Below are positions 39,501 through 50,299 of a DNA stretch of 64,000 nucleotides, piece after piece (position 1 is the stretch's first letter; each line of letters opens with the position of its first letter). The position numbers and the translations under genes were made by a program. The DNA is from Lama guanicoe (Eukaryota), in NCBI GenBank assembly GCA_013239625.1, contig MU053652.1, positions 8,343,499-8,407,498 on the forward strand, given 5' to 3'. The notes under the pieces were generated by a model. It made no database searches. It saw nothing but the letters and a program-made list of their open reading frames with translations, and was not told the DNA's origin.

Positions 39501-42500
39501 CAAAAGAAATAAAATAAAGAAAATTAGAATTCTTAATCCGTGAAATAGTATTAGAAGACCAGCTCAGTAAGAAAATAATTATATAAAAATTATATGTTCA
39601 GTGACTCCTAGCAGAACACATTTTTTTGTTTATACCTTTACCCTATTTTATGATGAGTTTAAGTAGCTCTTAGACTTCTCCGCAATATATTATGGTCCTA
39701 AAGTTGTCAAAGAAGAAAGAGAAATAATAGTACTTTATAATATTGCTTAATTATTATATATTTTTATTACATTAGATACGTTAAAGGTACTTAGTACATG
39801 TTTACTAAATGAAGTCCAGAAAGAATTTCACATAGCCGTGTTTAATATTGCATTGTGTCTAATTTTAGGAAGAAATAAAACCACCGTGAGAAATAAAGTT
39901 GGTTATTTTTTTGGCCTATCTTCTATCCAGTTGATATAAAGTAAAAATCTGGGGAGGCCTGTGTCCCTTGAAATGGGCCTGGTCATTACAGGGTTGCTCA
40001 AAGAAAAGTATCTTCTCCAACACTCCATGGAAATCCTTCACTCTTTGACTAATTATAAACCTCTCATTTCTGGATTTAGCAGCCTTCAGCAAAACACTCA
40101 AAGCTCAGGGATATTCCATTTCCTTATTCAGTCATCAAAATAAAAAGGATGGTGAGAGAGATGTTGCATCCAGCCCTCAGTTTCTGAAAGTTAAATTTTT
40201 ATAGTTTTCAAGGCAAATAGCAGTCTGTTCTTGTCTCTTCTTGATAACCTAAGGGAAGACTGTTTTTTGCTTCGGACTTTGTCATTTTTTTTCTGTATGA
40301 TATTTGGATACTGAGCTTTCAGCGGTTTAGTAATAGATGGAAGTGTTAGAAATTGTCTAAATTCTGAGTGCCCCTTACAGTGTCATTTTAGGTCTAGATT
40401 TGGCTTGCCTCATGGACTGTTCCAATATAAGTGATAGAAATAGAAGACAAATACCCTTTTCTGCTAGCTCAGTAGTAATGAGATCTGGTTTCTCAGAATA
40501 AATAACTCCCATTTCTATGTCTGCTAATTTGAATTATGAAGAAATCAGAATCAGCAGTACTGGCATTGATGGAATTTGTTCATCCTTCCTTCCCAGAATT
40601 GAGATTGGATCCTAGACTCTTAAAGTAGATTTAAAAGCATTGGCCAGATCCCAGAATAGCAAAACCGAAGGAAATGAAAAGGTGTGGACTTAGTCTAATG
40701 CACCAGGCTCTCTCACCGGGAGAATTGGGGAAATCATGAAGGGAGTCTGTTTTGCTGTGAAAACCCTAGTACTTAGAATCAGACTTCTATGGGATACCCA
40801 GAATCGCCTTACCCCTGAGTGGCCAGACTGAAGCCATGAACTTAAAAAAGATAGCTGTGGAGAACTATTCCCCTAGAAACTGGTTTTACAAAGATTTGAA
40901 GATAGTTAATTTTTCAAAATTTTGTTCCAAACTGTAATTAGTTTGGCAAATATCCAGCGCTAGATAACCTTTCCAGTTGGGAACTGTTTTGAGGTAGCAG
41001 TTCCTACAGCACTCACCTCATTTTCATCCCCTCTCTTAAATGCCTCTGGATTTTGCTTTAACATGATTGAACTCTCATGAGCTGTGATTGTCACCTTCAA
41101 AATCTCACCGGTGAATAACTCCTCCCTCCCTTTTTCACACATCTTTCAAAATTTTTCTGTTAGGTTCAACATGGAGGATTTAGCACTTTTACTCAGATCT
41201 CTGCTAACATGGCAGTAACAACAAAAAAGTATTACTCCATAAAGATAAAGAATATACAGCAAGAATAATAACATACAAGAGATATTGATAAAATTTAGAA
41301 GATGAAAAGAAGATATTGAAGGGGTCAATGACTATGCACAGTAGAAGAAATAGAGAAAGATTAAATCTATGGGCCTGCCAAAAAAAAAAAGCCAAAAAGA
41401 AACAAACTGATTCAGCCACAAGATTCCAGAAGAGCATAGGAATTGGAAGCAAAAGAGTAACTGAAAACTAAGGGAAAAACCAGGATTAACAATGAAAGAT
41501 TGCTTAAAAAGTATATTAGGAGGTGTGAGACTCCCAGATACCCTCTCCAGTCCTGAGCAGACAGGCAACTGCTCTCTCTCCTTCCTGGTGAAAAGTGTAA
41601 ATTTACTTTAACAAAATTCAGTCATTGAGACACTGGCTCACAGTTCAGTCACTGTTGTAATGTCTTCTCAGCAGTCTTTACCCAGGCACAAAGAGCTTCC
41701 AATCATCATTTTATTGCCTCCCTTTCAAACATAAATAGGTAGTCTGGGATCCCCAGACAGTTGGGAAAGCCTCTGATACAATAACCAGTAACAAAAAAAA
41801 ATAATAATAATAAAAGAAAGAAAAAGAATACAAAAAAGCAAGGGAAATGTATAAAGCAAAAGAGAATTTTAAAAAATTGTTTGTTGATGCTTCAAAAACG
41901 TGTTAGAAACATTAAAGTCACAAAACCAAAACAGAATGTTATTTTTTAAGGGAGTAGACGGGAAATAAGAAAAAGCCACTGAAGAGAAGAAAGATTATAA
42001 CAGTGAGTTAAAAATTCTGTAGCATGTTTAGAAGATGAAGTATGAACTTATCCTAGAAAATAGAACAAAAAGATGAAGAGAAAGTAATATTTTTTAAAGG
42101 AAGGGATAAGAAATTTAGAGCATCAAACATGTTCAACAGCAAACCAATAAGGGTTTCAGAAAGAGAAGAGAAACAAGAAAGATGGAAAACAAACAGGAGG
42201 TCATTTCCAAAAAATAATACAAGAAATTTCACAGAACTAAGGAATTTGAGATTTGGGATTTAGAGAGCTACTGAGAACCTGATACCAAAGCACCTCATGT
42301 AGAATCTCAGAACCCCGGGTTTGATGATAGGACCCCAGTGACTTCCAGAGAAGGGGAACAGTAAGTACTGTAATCTTTTCCAGCTGCATCTAATTATACA
42401 TAGATAAAATCTGTTATTAAAGTATATTTAAAGATGAATTTGTGCCAATGTAATTTCAACAGTAGATAGTCTTTTCCATCTAAAAGTTAAACCCCAAACA

Positions 42501-45500
42501 AACAAGCAAAAATATAAGTCAAAACTACAAATTACATACATAATATCTAGTATCCACATCTGGGGATGTTTTTGGCAGCTTTGATCTGAGAGTATACTGC
42601 CTGTAATTAGAGCTTTACTGATGTCCATCCTATGTCGTCATGAGCATACAGAATGACACGTGCAGCAGTGCATTGAAATCTTCTCACAATGGAGAATTTT
42701 CCCTTCTATTTTAGGGAGAAAAGTAGAAAAACATATCTATTAACCTGAGTGTGGCTATTTTTCTATACTATGTACAATGAATCAAAAATCAGAAAGTCAT
42801 CATGCTTCTAAAGAACCCAACTGGAAGCCCCAGGAAATGGAGCAATAATTATTTGGAGTGGTAATTATTTCAAGTCTAGCATTGTACAATAGCTTAACTA
42901 TCAAATCAAGGCAAAAAGAAACGAAAGAGATTTTCAGACATGCAGAGACTAAAAAAAATTACTTCCCATGCACTAGTTTTTAGGAAGCTATAGAAATGTG
43001 GTCCTGTGGCCCACTAGCACAAAAGAGTTAACAAGGAATGATTTCCACATCAGAGGGCAGTGAAGGGAATCTGTAGTATGCTGGTGGAGAGGAGTCCCTT
43101 TACCATAGTAAAGTAGATCCAAAAAGCAACTAGTCCCGATGGAGCAGGAGGGAATGCTCCAAAATGGACAACTCCATGAGGGAAAGTGAAAAAGAACAAT
43201 TACCTGAAATGTTTGTCTACTTGTGAGGAATTTTTCAATTTCACTGAAGCATGTACTGAAGACTTAATGATAGAGACTTAGAAAACTAAGGCAACAAAAG
43301 AATTAGGCAATAAAAATTTCCTGGGAAAAAAAATGATCAAAAGGCCAACTAAAAAACTGAAAGCAGTCACAGTACACTAAGTGACTCAGTTGTGAACAAT
43401 ATAATCATAATGGCAAACTTTAAATATTGATTTAACCAAGGATGTTGATATATGAGTGTCAGGAAATGGGGGGAGGGGCACAAAATATACGTATGGTGGA
43501 AAGTGTAAGAAAGCTGAATTCTCATGTAACATATTAGGAAGTCAGTAAATAATGTCTAAACTTAAAATTTAGAAATCTGAAAAAAGTATAATTTTGTAAA
43601 ATAGCTATAAACACATAAACAGCTATAAATAGCTGATATCAGTTGAAAGCTGTCGCCTGTGGGGAACACAACTGAAAAGTGGAGAAAGGTAGACCAGAAG
43701 GGCTGCTCTTTTCTTAAAGCTCTGTAATACCACGTGGCTTGTTAAATACCACATTTATTAATTAGGTAAAATTAAACTTCAACTGAAAAAATGTGGGAAG
43801 ACAATTCAAACTTCTTAAAGTATGTTGGTAGCATTAAAATAATAATTGAGAACTTCTCTAGGTCAAGGCCACCTAGATCTAACAAACCACAGAAACAATA
43901 TGAAAGGTTAAAATTACGTTTTAGAAACTGAGTTCTAAGAGTGAATAATGCTTTTTATATATTTAAATTGTCTGATTAAAATGAATTATTAATGAATAAC
44001 AAATACTGCAACATTTTTTTTTAGGAGTCAGGACTATCTAAGTGGATGGGAAATAAATTATCTCCTCTAGGTTCATTACCAGTCTGGCTAATAATTCTGA
44101 TATCTTCTTTGCTCGTCACGTCTTTAACAGAGATAGCCAGCAATCCAGCTACCATTACGCTCATTCTTCCAATACTGGCTCCATTGGTGAGTATCTCGTT
44201 TATCCCATTTATACTCTTCACTTAAAGAGCAGTGTTCTACTTCCCTTGTTCTCATTGTGGTGTGGAATCACTCTGGGCCTGAATGGTCCCCCTGTCAGTA
44301 ACTTACAGAGTGGTCCTTATTTGCATTCATGCTTTCTTAGGAGATCTCAACTCAAGAGAACTCTTTTGGTCCATGTTCAAGCAGCATGATCTTAAGTGAA
44401 CCCTTTACCTTCTTTCTGCCCAGAATTTTCATTTGCAGATAAACAGGAGGGTCAGCTCAGATCCTTTCCAACTCTAAGACTTTGGGCTTCCATGTTATTT
44501 CCTAGCAACTTTAGTGTTTAGATCTCTGACACTGACACTCCAGAAGATTAGTCTTGAGTTTTTGAGAAGTGCTTCATATAAGTGATTTGCAAGGGAATAA
44601 AAAGCTAGGTTTACACTTCAGGCTTCAAGCTTACGTATCTTAGACACAGTTCTCTACAGCCCAGGGAAGAATTTAAAAAAACAAGTAAGAAGCACATTTG
44701 CGAAGAGAGAGAGGGAAAGACTGTCTTCTCTTCTTGTCTGCAACTAGCTAGCAATTACAAGAAATAGCTTTGGGTAAAACGTTCTTCTTACTGGGCCGGA
44801 TGAGCTTGGTGATATTTTGATATTTATTTCTCAACATGGAGCTGTTAAAAATTACGTGATGAATTAAGAATAGTGATAACTCTTCTGTAATAATCTCTAA
44901 GCAAATTTTAAATTATATATGTCACCAGGGCAGTAAAGTTAATGGAATGATGAGAAGCTTTGGAGCCAAAGGGACCTGAGACCCTCCCTAAGCTCTGTTG
45001 CTTGCCACCTATGTGTCCGGATCAGTTAACTTAGCCTTTGTGGGACTCAGTTCCTTTATCTGTTATTTGGGGCTACAGTTACCATCTTATAAGGTCATTG
45101 TGAAGATTAAGTTATATGTATAAATATATGAAGATCTATTATGTTATACGTTACCTAAGTTAAATTTTACATGTATCACATATATAAATATTTATATATT
45201 ATATATGTATAAATACTTAACACAGCACTTAACTCTAGATAAATGACAAGTAGTTATTTTTATTTTGCTTCTGGAATAGATGATACCTTATTTTCTGTAT
45301 GAACTATAATTCTTAAATGGGCACCAATAACCATGTAAACAGCAATGAGAGAAAGATGCATTTTCTAAAACATATTCTCCCAGTTATAACTGCATTATGT
45401 ATGTAATTTTATGTCTTTATATTTCAACTTGCTTCTGGGATAGTTTATCATAATTATTTTGCTCATTTGGATGCTTATCTCAAAACCTTATTTAAACTCC

Positions 45501-47487
45501 TTTTTATCTTTTCCACCAGGCTGAAGCCATTCATGTCAACCCTCTTTATATTTTGTTACCTTCTACTCTGTCCACTTCATTTGCATTCCTCCTCCCAGTA
45601 GCAAATCCACCCAATGCTATTGTTTTTTCATACGGCCACCTAAAAGTCATCGACATGGTGAGTAAGCTGAAAGAGTACCATCGGGTCCAACATACATGAT
45701 TCTGTGATGTCTTAGCTTGTCTGTCATTTCACACACTAATCAACTGCTAGGGAATACGTAGCTTGAGTTCTGCTTCTGAAGGTAAGTGCATGACTGGCCA
45801 TAGAATTGTTTTCAAGAGTGATAACCAGCAGCAAACATGCCATTAATATGGGCAATCTCAAATACAGAGATACTGAATGCATCAGTAATATGCTGGAAGA
45901 GGAAGAGAGCATTGAATATACTCAACACAACGGCTTAAACTTACATGTTGAGATCAGGATCCAGCCTGACTGGACGAATGGAGGAAATAGGGTTAATGAC
46001 ATTCAACCATCAAGCTGTGGTTTGCTGTCACGAATATTCACACAAACCAACATTTGCTCAGAATAAAACATTGGGTTCAGTGCCTGACTGATGAAAAGTC
46101 ATCTTTCTTGTTCCGATTCTAATAGTGGCACCTGAAATGAAATGATATTAGCATAAGTAATAATAGAAAATCTATGTGACAAAACGTGCACATTTTTGCC
46201 AAATACAAAAGTAGTGGTAGTCAAGAACTAACTGGGGAACATTCTAGCCTTCTCTTAATTTTGATCACCAACTTCTGAACCAAACCAAGTTAAGTATATA
46301 ATAAAGTAATTTCAACAAGTTAGCTGTGTAACATGAAGTTTCAAGTTAAGTCCCAGGTTCCTTCCTTCCACACAGATTGCTGTCCCTAAACCCCTGTAAT
46401 GTAAAAATTCTGTGAATGCTTCTATGCAGAAGCCATATAATCTCCTTTGGGTAAAGGAAATGTACATAATATACAATGAAAGTAATGTGCTAGCTTTGTG
46501 AGTTAAAAAAATAAAAACGGGATTCTGAAATAAATGAGTAGCTTGTATGGACAGAAAAGGGGGCCTCTATAACATTCACTGCTAGGTATCCCCATTTTGC
46601 CTTGCGGCTCCACGTTTTGATGCAGAAAATGCAGAGATAATCAAACTTCCTCTGTAAAGAGCCAGGTAGTAAATACTTGACACTTTATGGGGCCATACAG
46701 TCTCTGTCACATGTATCACGAAGGTGGCCAAAAACAGTATGTAAACAAATGGACATGATTGTGGTCCCGCAAAACTTTATCTACGAGAACAGTCTATGGG
46801 CAGTTTGCCAACCTCTGTTTTAATAGCTAGAAAGCAACTTTGAGATTGTTAATGGACATGAGAATAATGATGTCAGAGCTAGAAAAATGGGACCTCTAAG
46901 AAAGATGGCTAAGAGAGGCATTAAATTTAAGTGAGAGATGTACTCGCTAAGGCTAAACTAAAGATGACGTCGATTGAACATGAAGGGACCAGTCATCATA
47001 TAATGACCTTAACCTCATTCACAGAAGTACAAAACTACAAAACTCAAATCCTGATTTGACATGAAATGGTAGACTTCTAAAGGGATTCTCTAATCAGAAT
47101 GACTTCAGTATATTCCTAAGAGAAAGCTCTCTGAGTCTCTTTAGCTAAATGGCATTTAGTTGGCAACAGATTCTCTTTCAACATAAATGGAAGGACTCCT
47201 TGTCTTATGAAAACAATCATTGATACTAATCATTTAGGATGCATGCAAATCTGCCATATGCCTCTGCAACAGTATTCCAATTCTCCTATAGGTTTTTTCT
47301 GTTTGTTTTTTGTGGAAGAAGGCTGAAATTGATGTTTTGTGTATTCAAGGTTAAAGCTGGACTTGGCGTTAATATTGTGGGTCTTGCTGTGGTGATGCTT
47401 GGCATGTTTACCTGGATTGCACCCATGTTTGACCTCCACACTTACCCTTCTTGGGCTCCTACAATTTCCAATGAGACCATGCCCTAA
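1342..47487 (+). CDS. SLC13A1: SLC13A1 sodium/sulfate cotransporter NaS1, spliced CDS (exons 3-15; 5'-partial in window)
   Basis: 13 exons with AG/GT boundaries and consistent phases total 1554 nt. Translation matches recalled human NaS1 from V77 to the C-terminal SNETMP, including SNT (SMWLSNTST), [13 protein letters not shown] and PPNAIVF motifs. Confidence 0.98.
3649..3836 (+). CDS. SLC13A1: SLC13A1 exon 4 (188 nt): [62 protein letters not shown]
   Basis: tttcag|GCTGACC ... GATG|gtatct; overlaps ORF 3656..3850; contains the first SNT motif. Confidence 0.97.
4447..4504 (+). CDS. SLC13A1: SLC13A1 exon 5 (58 nt): (E)[18 protein letters not shown](G)
   Basis: ttgcag|AAAGTG ... CCAGG|gtaaag; resembles human [20 protein letters not shown]. 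Confidence 0.95.
4592..4634 (+). CDS. SLC13A1: SLC13A1 exon 6 (43 nt using the shifted acceptor): [14 protein letters not shown]
   Basis: atacag|GAATGAT ... GAAAAG|gtacat. The orthologous start would be 4586, but it is preceded by AT rather than AG. The AG at 4590-4591 keeps frame. Confidence 0.85.
7150..7975 (-). mobile_element. L1 3'-end fragment (L1MA-like), interrupted by a SINE
   Basis: typical antisense L1 3' text: ctgtacattagatcccaagaacttactcatcttataactgg..., ctgacttacttcacttagcat, cattctaacaggtgtgagatga, gcatctccctgatgattagtgatgttgag. Confidence 0.85.
7251..7410 (-). mobile_element. tRNA-derived SINE (camelid Vic-1-like) with simple-repeat and A tail
   Basis: Reverse strand reads GGGGGAGAGCACAGCTCGGTGGTAGAG...GAGGTCCTGGATTCAACCCCCAGTACCTC (A/B boxes), then (AAAC)n(GAAT)n and polyA. 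Flanking near-duplicate CATAATTACCAYTTC at 7236-7250 and 7425-7439. Confidence 0.88.
9210..9310 (+). mobile_element. short L1 ORF2 3' fragment
   Basis: atcaaaaagacaagaggtaacaagtgct...tgttggtgggattgtaaactggtgcaatcactgtggaaa. Confidence 0.75.
9311..9750 (-). mobile_element. old L1/HAL1 ORF1-region fragment
   Basis: T-rich antisense ORF1-like text (cttaacccattgactgaatcttttaattcagtaac...tctatttgtctctttttaa). Confidence 0.5.
10975..13080 (+). mobile_element. degenerate HAL1 (half-L1)-like element
   Basis: Starts cttccaataagatggtaga. Decayed A-rich ORF1 (tgaaatttcagaac...gacttctttatagcaacactg...gctttcaaaattctg) with no ORF2. Tail motifs (cttagaaaactaag, gaaagct.a..tctcat) are shared with the 41.2-43.8 kb copy. 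Confidence 0.65.
11940..12060. repeat. AT-rich low-complexity tract of degenerate (AAATAT/ATAAA)n units
   Basis: seen directly. Confidence 0.8.
13227..13241. promoter_or_regulatory. CTCF-like motif TGCCACCAGGTGGCA
   Basis: matches the CCASYAGRKGGCR core. Confidence 0.6.
14094..14136. repeat. (GTTT)n microsatellite, about 10 units
   Basis: seen directly. Confidence 0.95.
15590..17590 (-). mobile_element. ancient L2 remnant with nested MIR (about 15800-16060) and L1 3' fragment (about 17270-17380)
   Basis: purine-rich antisense L2 text (ggagctattgcaataacccaagt...; gagaagtatccattgggtttagga..tggaggttattgataatc); MIR core ctgtaaccttgggcaacacacttaacctctctgtgtttc. Confidence 0.7.
17600..18809. 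mobile_element. candidate 1.2-kb solo LTR inserted into L2 (family unassigned)
   Basis: Block bounded by TG (17600) and CA (18809) with different composition. L2-like sequence resumes on both sides. Flanks TAAAA / TTAAAA are an imperfect TSD. Internal TATATAAG. Confidence 0.5.
18810..19450 (-). mobile_element. continuation of L2 remnant
   Basis: purine-rich decayed L2-like sequence (ggtgaccaggagatt..., gggttgaaagc...). Confidence 0.5.
19526..19891 (-). mobile_element. MaLR solo LTR (MLT1A-like)
   Basis: ctaccataacagaataccatagac...tccaagatcaaagtgccagcag...ctccaaataccatcatactgggg...acaaacattcagcccatgaca; near-TSD AATGC/GATGC. Confidence 0.88.
19960..20111 (+). CDS. SLC13A1: SLC13A1 exon 7 (152 nt): [50 protein letters not shown](T)
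   Basis: gaacag|AATTCA ... AATAC|gtaagt; 3' part of ORF 19636..20115. Confidence 0.97.
21156..21250 (+). mobile_element. tRNA-derived SINE (camelid Vic-1-like)
   Basis: GGGTATAGCTCAGTGGTAAAATGTATGCTTAGCATGCATGAGGTCCTGGGTTCAGTCCCCAGTACCTCC plus A-rich tail; TSD AAAAA(T)CACTG on both sides. Confidence 0.9.
22955..23075. mobile_element. MIR fragment
   Basis: ctcatttcacaggtgaggaaaccaaggctccaagagtttaagtgac. Confidence 0.7.
24610..24795. mobile_element. MIR fragment
   Basis: cttaacttctgtgaacatcagtttcttcatctgtaaaatgggg. Confidence 0.7.
25600..27310 (+). mobile_element. L2 3' portion, split by an MLT1 LTR
   Basis: ccagactcatttatctaactgcctacccaacatggccacttgg...; ccaggacctttgcacttgccatttcctctgtctggaatgct; agcacctggcacgtggga. 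Confidence 0.75.
26038..26666 (-). mobile_element. MaLR solo LTR (MLT1E-like)
   Basis: tgttgctgtgttacaacttaccatcagcttagtggtttaaaacagc ... ggaattctgcctcccaca. Confidence 0.85.
28936..29055 (+). CDS. SLC13A1: SLC13A1 exon 8 (120 nt): [39 protein letters not shown](N)
   Basis: cacacag|GCGCTAC ... TTCAA|gtgagt; this frame is not in the ORF track and was translated by hand. Confidence 0.96.
30716..30799. promoter_or_regulatory. candidate enhancer core: GATA (AGATAA), HNF4 (CAAAGTCCA), CDX/PBX-HOX (CCATAAATCA)
   Basis: motifs seen directly in repeat-poor intron 8 sequence. Confidence 0.4.
31715..32410 (-). mobile_element. L1 3'-end fragment (L1MA-like)
   Basis: ataagatctaccctcttagcaaa...; ataagtgagatcacacagtatttgt...; gtttccatatcttggctattgtgaataatactgcaatgaa. 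Confidence 0.88.
33369..33467 (+). CDS. SLC13A1: SLC13A1 exon 9 (99 nt): [32 protein letters not shown](R)
   Basis: tttcag|TTTTAAG ... ATAAG|gtaaga. Confidence 0.96.
33475..33505. repeat. (AC)15 microsatellite
   Basis: seen directly; starts at intron 9 position +8. Confidence 0.97.
33827..33928 (+). CDS. SLC13A1: SLC13A1 exon 10 (102 nt): [33 protein letters not shown](E)
   Basis: ccacag|GTATCAA ... TCAGA|gtaagc. Confidence 0.96.
34220..34345. mobile_element. MIR fragment
   Basis: ggactttggagcca...ccttgggcaagtcacttacctctcagtctctccatctgtaaaatgg. Confidence 0.75.
37045..37151 (+). CDS. SLC13A1: SLC13A1 exon 11 (107 nt): [35 protein letters not shown]
   Basis: poly-T tract ttag|GTATCCC ... 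ACTG|gttgag; phase matches exon 12. Confidence 0.94.
39175..39284 (+). CDS. SLC13A1: SLC13A1 exon 12 (110 nt): (V)[36 protein letters not shown]
   Basis: ttgcag|TTGCTTTT ... TGTGAG|gtaaga; inside ORF 39099..39302. Confidence 0.97.
41160..43790 (+). mobile_element. degenerate HAL1-like element with an internal unrelated insert (about 42360-42780)
   Basis: decayed ORF1 (gggtttcagaaagagaagag...aaataatacaagaaatttcacagaactaa...), no ORF2, tail motifs shared with the 11-13 kb copy. Confidence 0.65.
44025..44186 (+). CDS. SLC13A1: SLC13A1 exon 13 (162 nt): [54 protein letters not shown]
   Basis: tttttag|GAGTCA ... CCATTG|gtgagt; contains the second SNT-like motif (SNPAT). Confidence 0.97.
44925..45115. 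mobile_element. MIR fragment
   Basis: gctttggagcca...gttaacttagcctttgtgggactcagttcctttatctgt...gtcattgtgaagattaa. Confidence 0.65.
45520..45657 (+). CDS. SLC13A1: SLC13A1 exon 14 (138 nt): [46 protein letters not shown]
   Basis: ccaccag|GCTGAA ... GACATG|gtgagt. Confidence 0.97.
46632..46817. mobile_element. MER58A-like hAT-Charlie MITE
   Basis: cagagataatcaaacttcctctgtaaagagccaggtagtaaata ... cagtttgccaacctctg; terminal CAGAG/CTCTG inverted ends. Confidence 0.8.
47350..47487 (+). CDS. SLC13A1: SLC13A1 exon 15 coding part (138 nt incl. TAA): [45 protein letters not shown]
   Basis: ttcaag|GTTAAA ... CCC TAA; the C-terminal N-glycosylation sequon NET is retained. Confidence 0.97.
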   Translation, partial: VKAGLGVNIVGLAVVMLGMFTWIAPMFDLHTYPSWAPTISNETMP

Positions 47488-49250
47488 CAACATGAATGCT
47501 CTGACTATCCTGTGGTGAGTTTGGGGAACCATTAAGAATTCACTGCAAAACCTGGCTATAGAAAACTGATGACACACTTAAATCAGCCCTGGTATAGCTG
47601 CTACAGTTCCAGTGAACACCCAAAATCTGCTGTCACAACTTAAGAGTCTGCATTCCTTTGAGATGCAACCAAGATCATCTATGTGCCTTCATCAAGAAGC
47701 CCACAGTTGAGATTTTGCTCCTGAACCATATGCAACCTGCTTCATCATAAGAATAATTCATGACTTAACCTTCTTGAAAGAGATTATGTCATTTGCTTCA
47801 TCTTACAGTTTGGGTTCAATGTAACATTTCAAATGTCAATTCATTATTTCAGAAACTTTCCATGAAGCTGCAAATAGAAAATAAAACAAGTTAATTAGGT
47901 ATTTGTATAAATCATTTTTGTAGTCTTTGTCCAAGAGAATTTTCTGAAAAATCAAAGCTGGTGGTGCAAAAGAAAAGTTTAATCTAAATAAAATGTGCAT
48001 TCCCTCACTTAAAAAAATTCCAGTCAGATTACTCTTGATATATACATAGAGCATAAAAATTGAAATTAAGTAGTAGTTATAAAATAATAGCTGAATCCAC
48101 TAAACAACAGAAAACAGATAAGGATTAATTTCTGTTTGATTCAATGGCTAAAGTAATATAATTCACACTTTTATGATCTCAGTGCACTGAGAAATGCGTT
48201 TTGTAGAGCTATGGATAAGGCTTCCTATGATTTGCACAATTAGCAAAGTATAGTTAGAAAAGAAAGGTAAACAGTATAAATCTATTAACACATTTGTATA
48301 TTTGTACAATAGTTGTACTTACGTATTTATTTTATTTCAGAAATACATAATGTCATACATGAAGACAAGAGATTTAGAAATTTAAATGAATTATCACTGT
48401 TCATACAGCCATTAAAATGTCACATAACTTCATGACATCAACATTGAAATGAAATACCAGAGAAAGTAAAGAATAAATAATTGAAACTGTTGATATATTT
48501 ACAAAAGAGATAAATGAATTATTGATGGGCAGACAAAAAGAAAAGAGAACTAAACATTGAAATAAAAATGGGAAAAGAATAGTCTCCTAGTATTCAGGAC
48601 GTGAATGAGTAAGGTCTATTGACATTCCAAAATTAGACTAAAGGGAAAAAATTGACAATCCAAGACAAAAAATGTGTACAGTTAGGAAAATATGCTAACA
48701 ATAAAATAGAAGAAAAATGAAAAAAACACCTTTGCTATTTTTAATTTTCAAAGAAGTCATCAGAGACCTGTATAGTTTTTGCAAATGACATTATAAAATT
48801 ATTTTTGAAAATAAAATATGGTAAAGAGGATTTTTTTAAGTAATACATTTCTTTAAAAAATTATATATGGTACATTGCCCATGTTCATTATTTGTCAATT
48901 TATTAATGCAAAATTAATCATTTTTTCAAGAAAAAAAAATGTGTCCATTTAAACCTGACAATATAATATTGCTGCTTTGTGCAGATCATCTATGCTCACC
49001 CCATGTACTTGTTCCCTTCTGATTCATATGTTACACATTTGTTTATGATCCATAGTATTTATTACTTTTCTGCTTTTTTCTAGTCATTCAATTTATCTCT
49101 GCTGAATTATATTATAGGATAAATATATTTTCATTATGAAAAAGTGAAATGACTTTTCAAATTATAATGAGTAAATTTTGCTCTCAAGAAAATAATAGAA
49201 ACATTTCAGCTTGAATCATGTTAATAAATTGCTTCCAACAGCTGCCAGCT
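47488..49250 (+). other. SLC13A1: probable SLC13A1 3' UTR (AU-rich)
   Basis: Repeat-poor AT-rich sequence after the stop with several AATAAA and ATTTA motifs. The end point is inferred from the last AATAAA and recalled human UTR length of about 2 kb. Confidence 0.55.
49223..49228 (+). terminator. candidate distal polyadenylation signal AATAAA
   Basis: gttAATAAAttgcttccaaca; most distal hexamer I found in the AU-rich block; usage not demonstrable from sequence. Confidence 0.4.
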
Positions 49251-50299
49251 GAGTACAGGAAAATGATCCTTAGTCAAAATTTGTTTAAGTGAGCCATATG
49301 GTTCTCTACATCTTTATGTTTGGTTGATGTATCAAAAATGACTCAACTCATCCATTTCACATTTGTCCCATACACATCAGAGTTCTCAAGCTCTTTCAGT
49401 CTGGAAGTTGCAGACTGTCTTCGAGAGTTTCCAAAAGGCATCCGAAGCAGATGATCTAACAAATCTTTGTCCTCCCACTCTAGGGCAGATAGCGTTTTTG
49501 TTTTTGTCTTGAGCCTTACTCAGAGATTAACTAGAAATCTTTGTCACTTTAAATCCCTGCATCTTACTTAGGATCAGGTCTTGTGTGGATAGTAGGAGCA
49601 ATTTCACTAAGTGACTATTTACTGTCTGTTTCTGCGAGTGCTTGGAAGGCTCCCCAGCACACAGGTATCCTTCACTCACCACAACTGCCACTGTGCATCT
49701 CAGCACCTCTAGAATTCAGATTTCTTTCTTTTCAAATGTGTGCACTGTTTTCACCCTACTTGGTCTCCAAGGCTTTGTTCTCTCTTTCTCATCCTGGGAG
49801 GTGGGGAGGTACACTTTTAGCCAATATTACTAACTAAACTTATTAGCAAAAATTGATAAAACAATATCATGACACATTAATTGTCTGGACATTTGTACTA
49901 CGTATTATTAGATGTCAAAGATTAATATAATTTTATTGTATCTTTGCTTTGGCTAAATATTTGATAAAAGTCTTTGTCAAGGCACTTTTGTTCCGGAGTT
50001 GGTTCAGTTAATGCATGACTATTATCTTGTGTGTGGATTTTTCCCAATTAAATGTTTCTATTTTTAGGAGGGGGAGGTTGTACTAGCAATGAAAGGGTAA
50101 ACCCAAACAGTTTTACTACTGTAACGCAATATAAAAATGAAAATGGTTTAAATTGTTGCCCCAGCTCAGCATCAACCATGTTATTCCCAAATGAAGTATT
50201 TTAGTGAAAGTAGAAATTTACTAGGTAAGTTTTGGGAATGCAAATATCAAAAACAGAGGTCCCCAGTGCGAAGCAAGATCAGACTAGTCCAGGAGTACA

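Noticed and set aside
1342..47487. SLC13A1 as a pseudogene, prompted by the exon-6 acceptor mutation
   Set aside because: All 13 exons are stop-free and phase-compatible, and an in-frame replacement AG exists.
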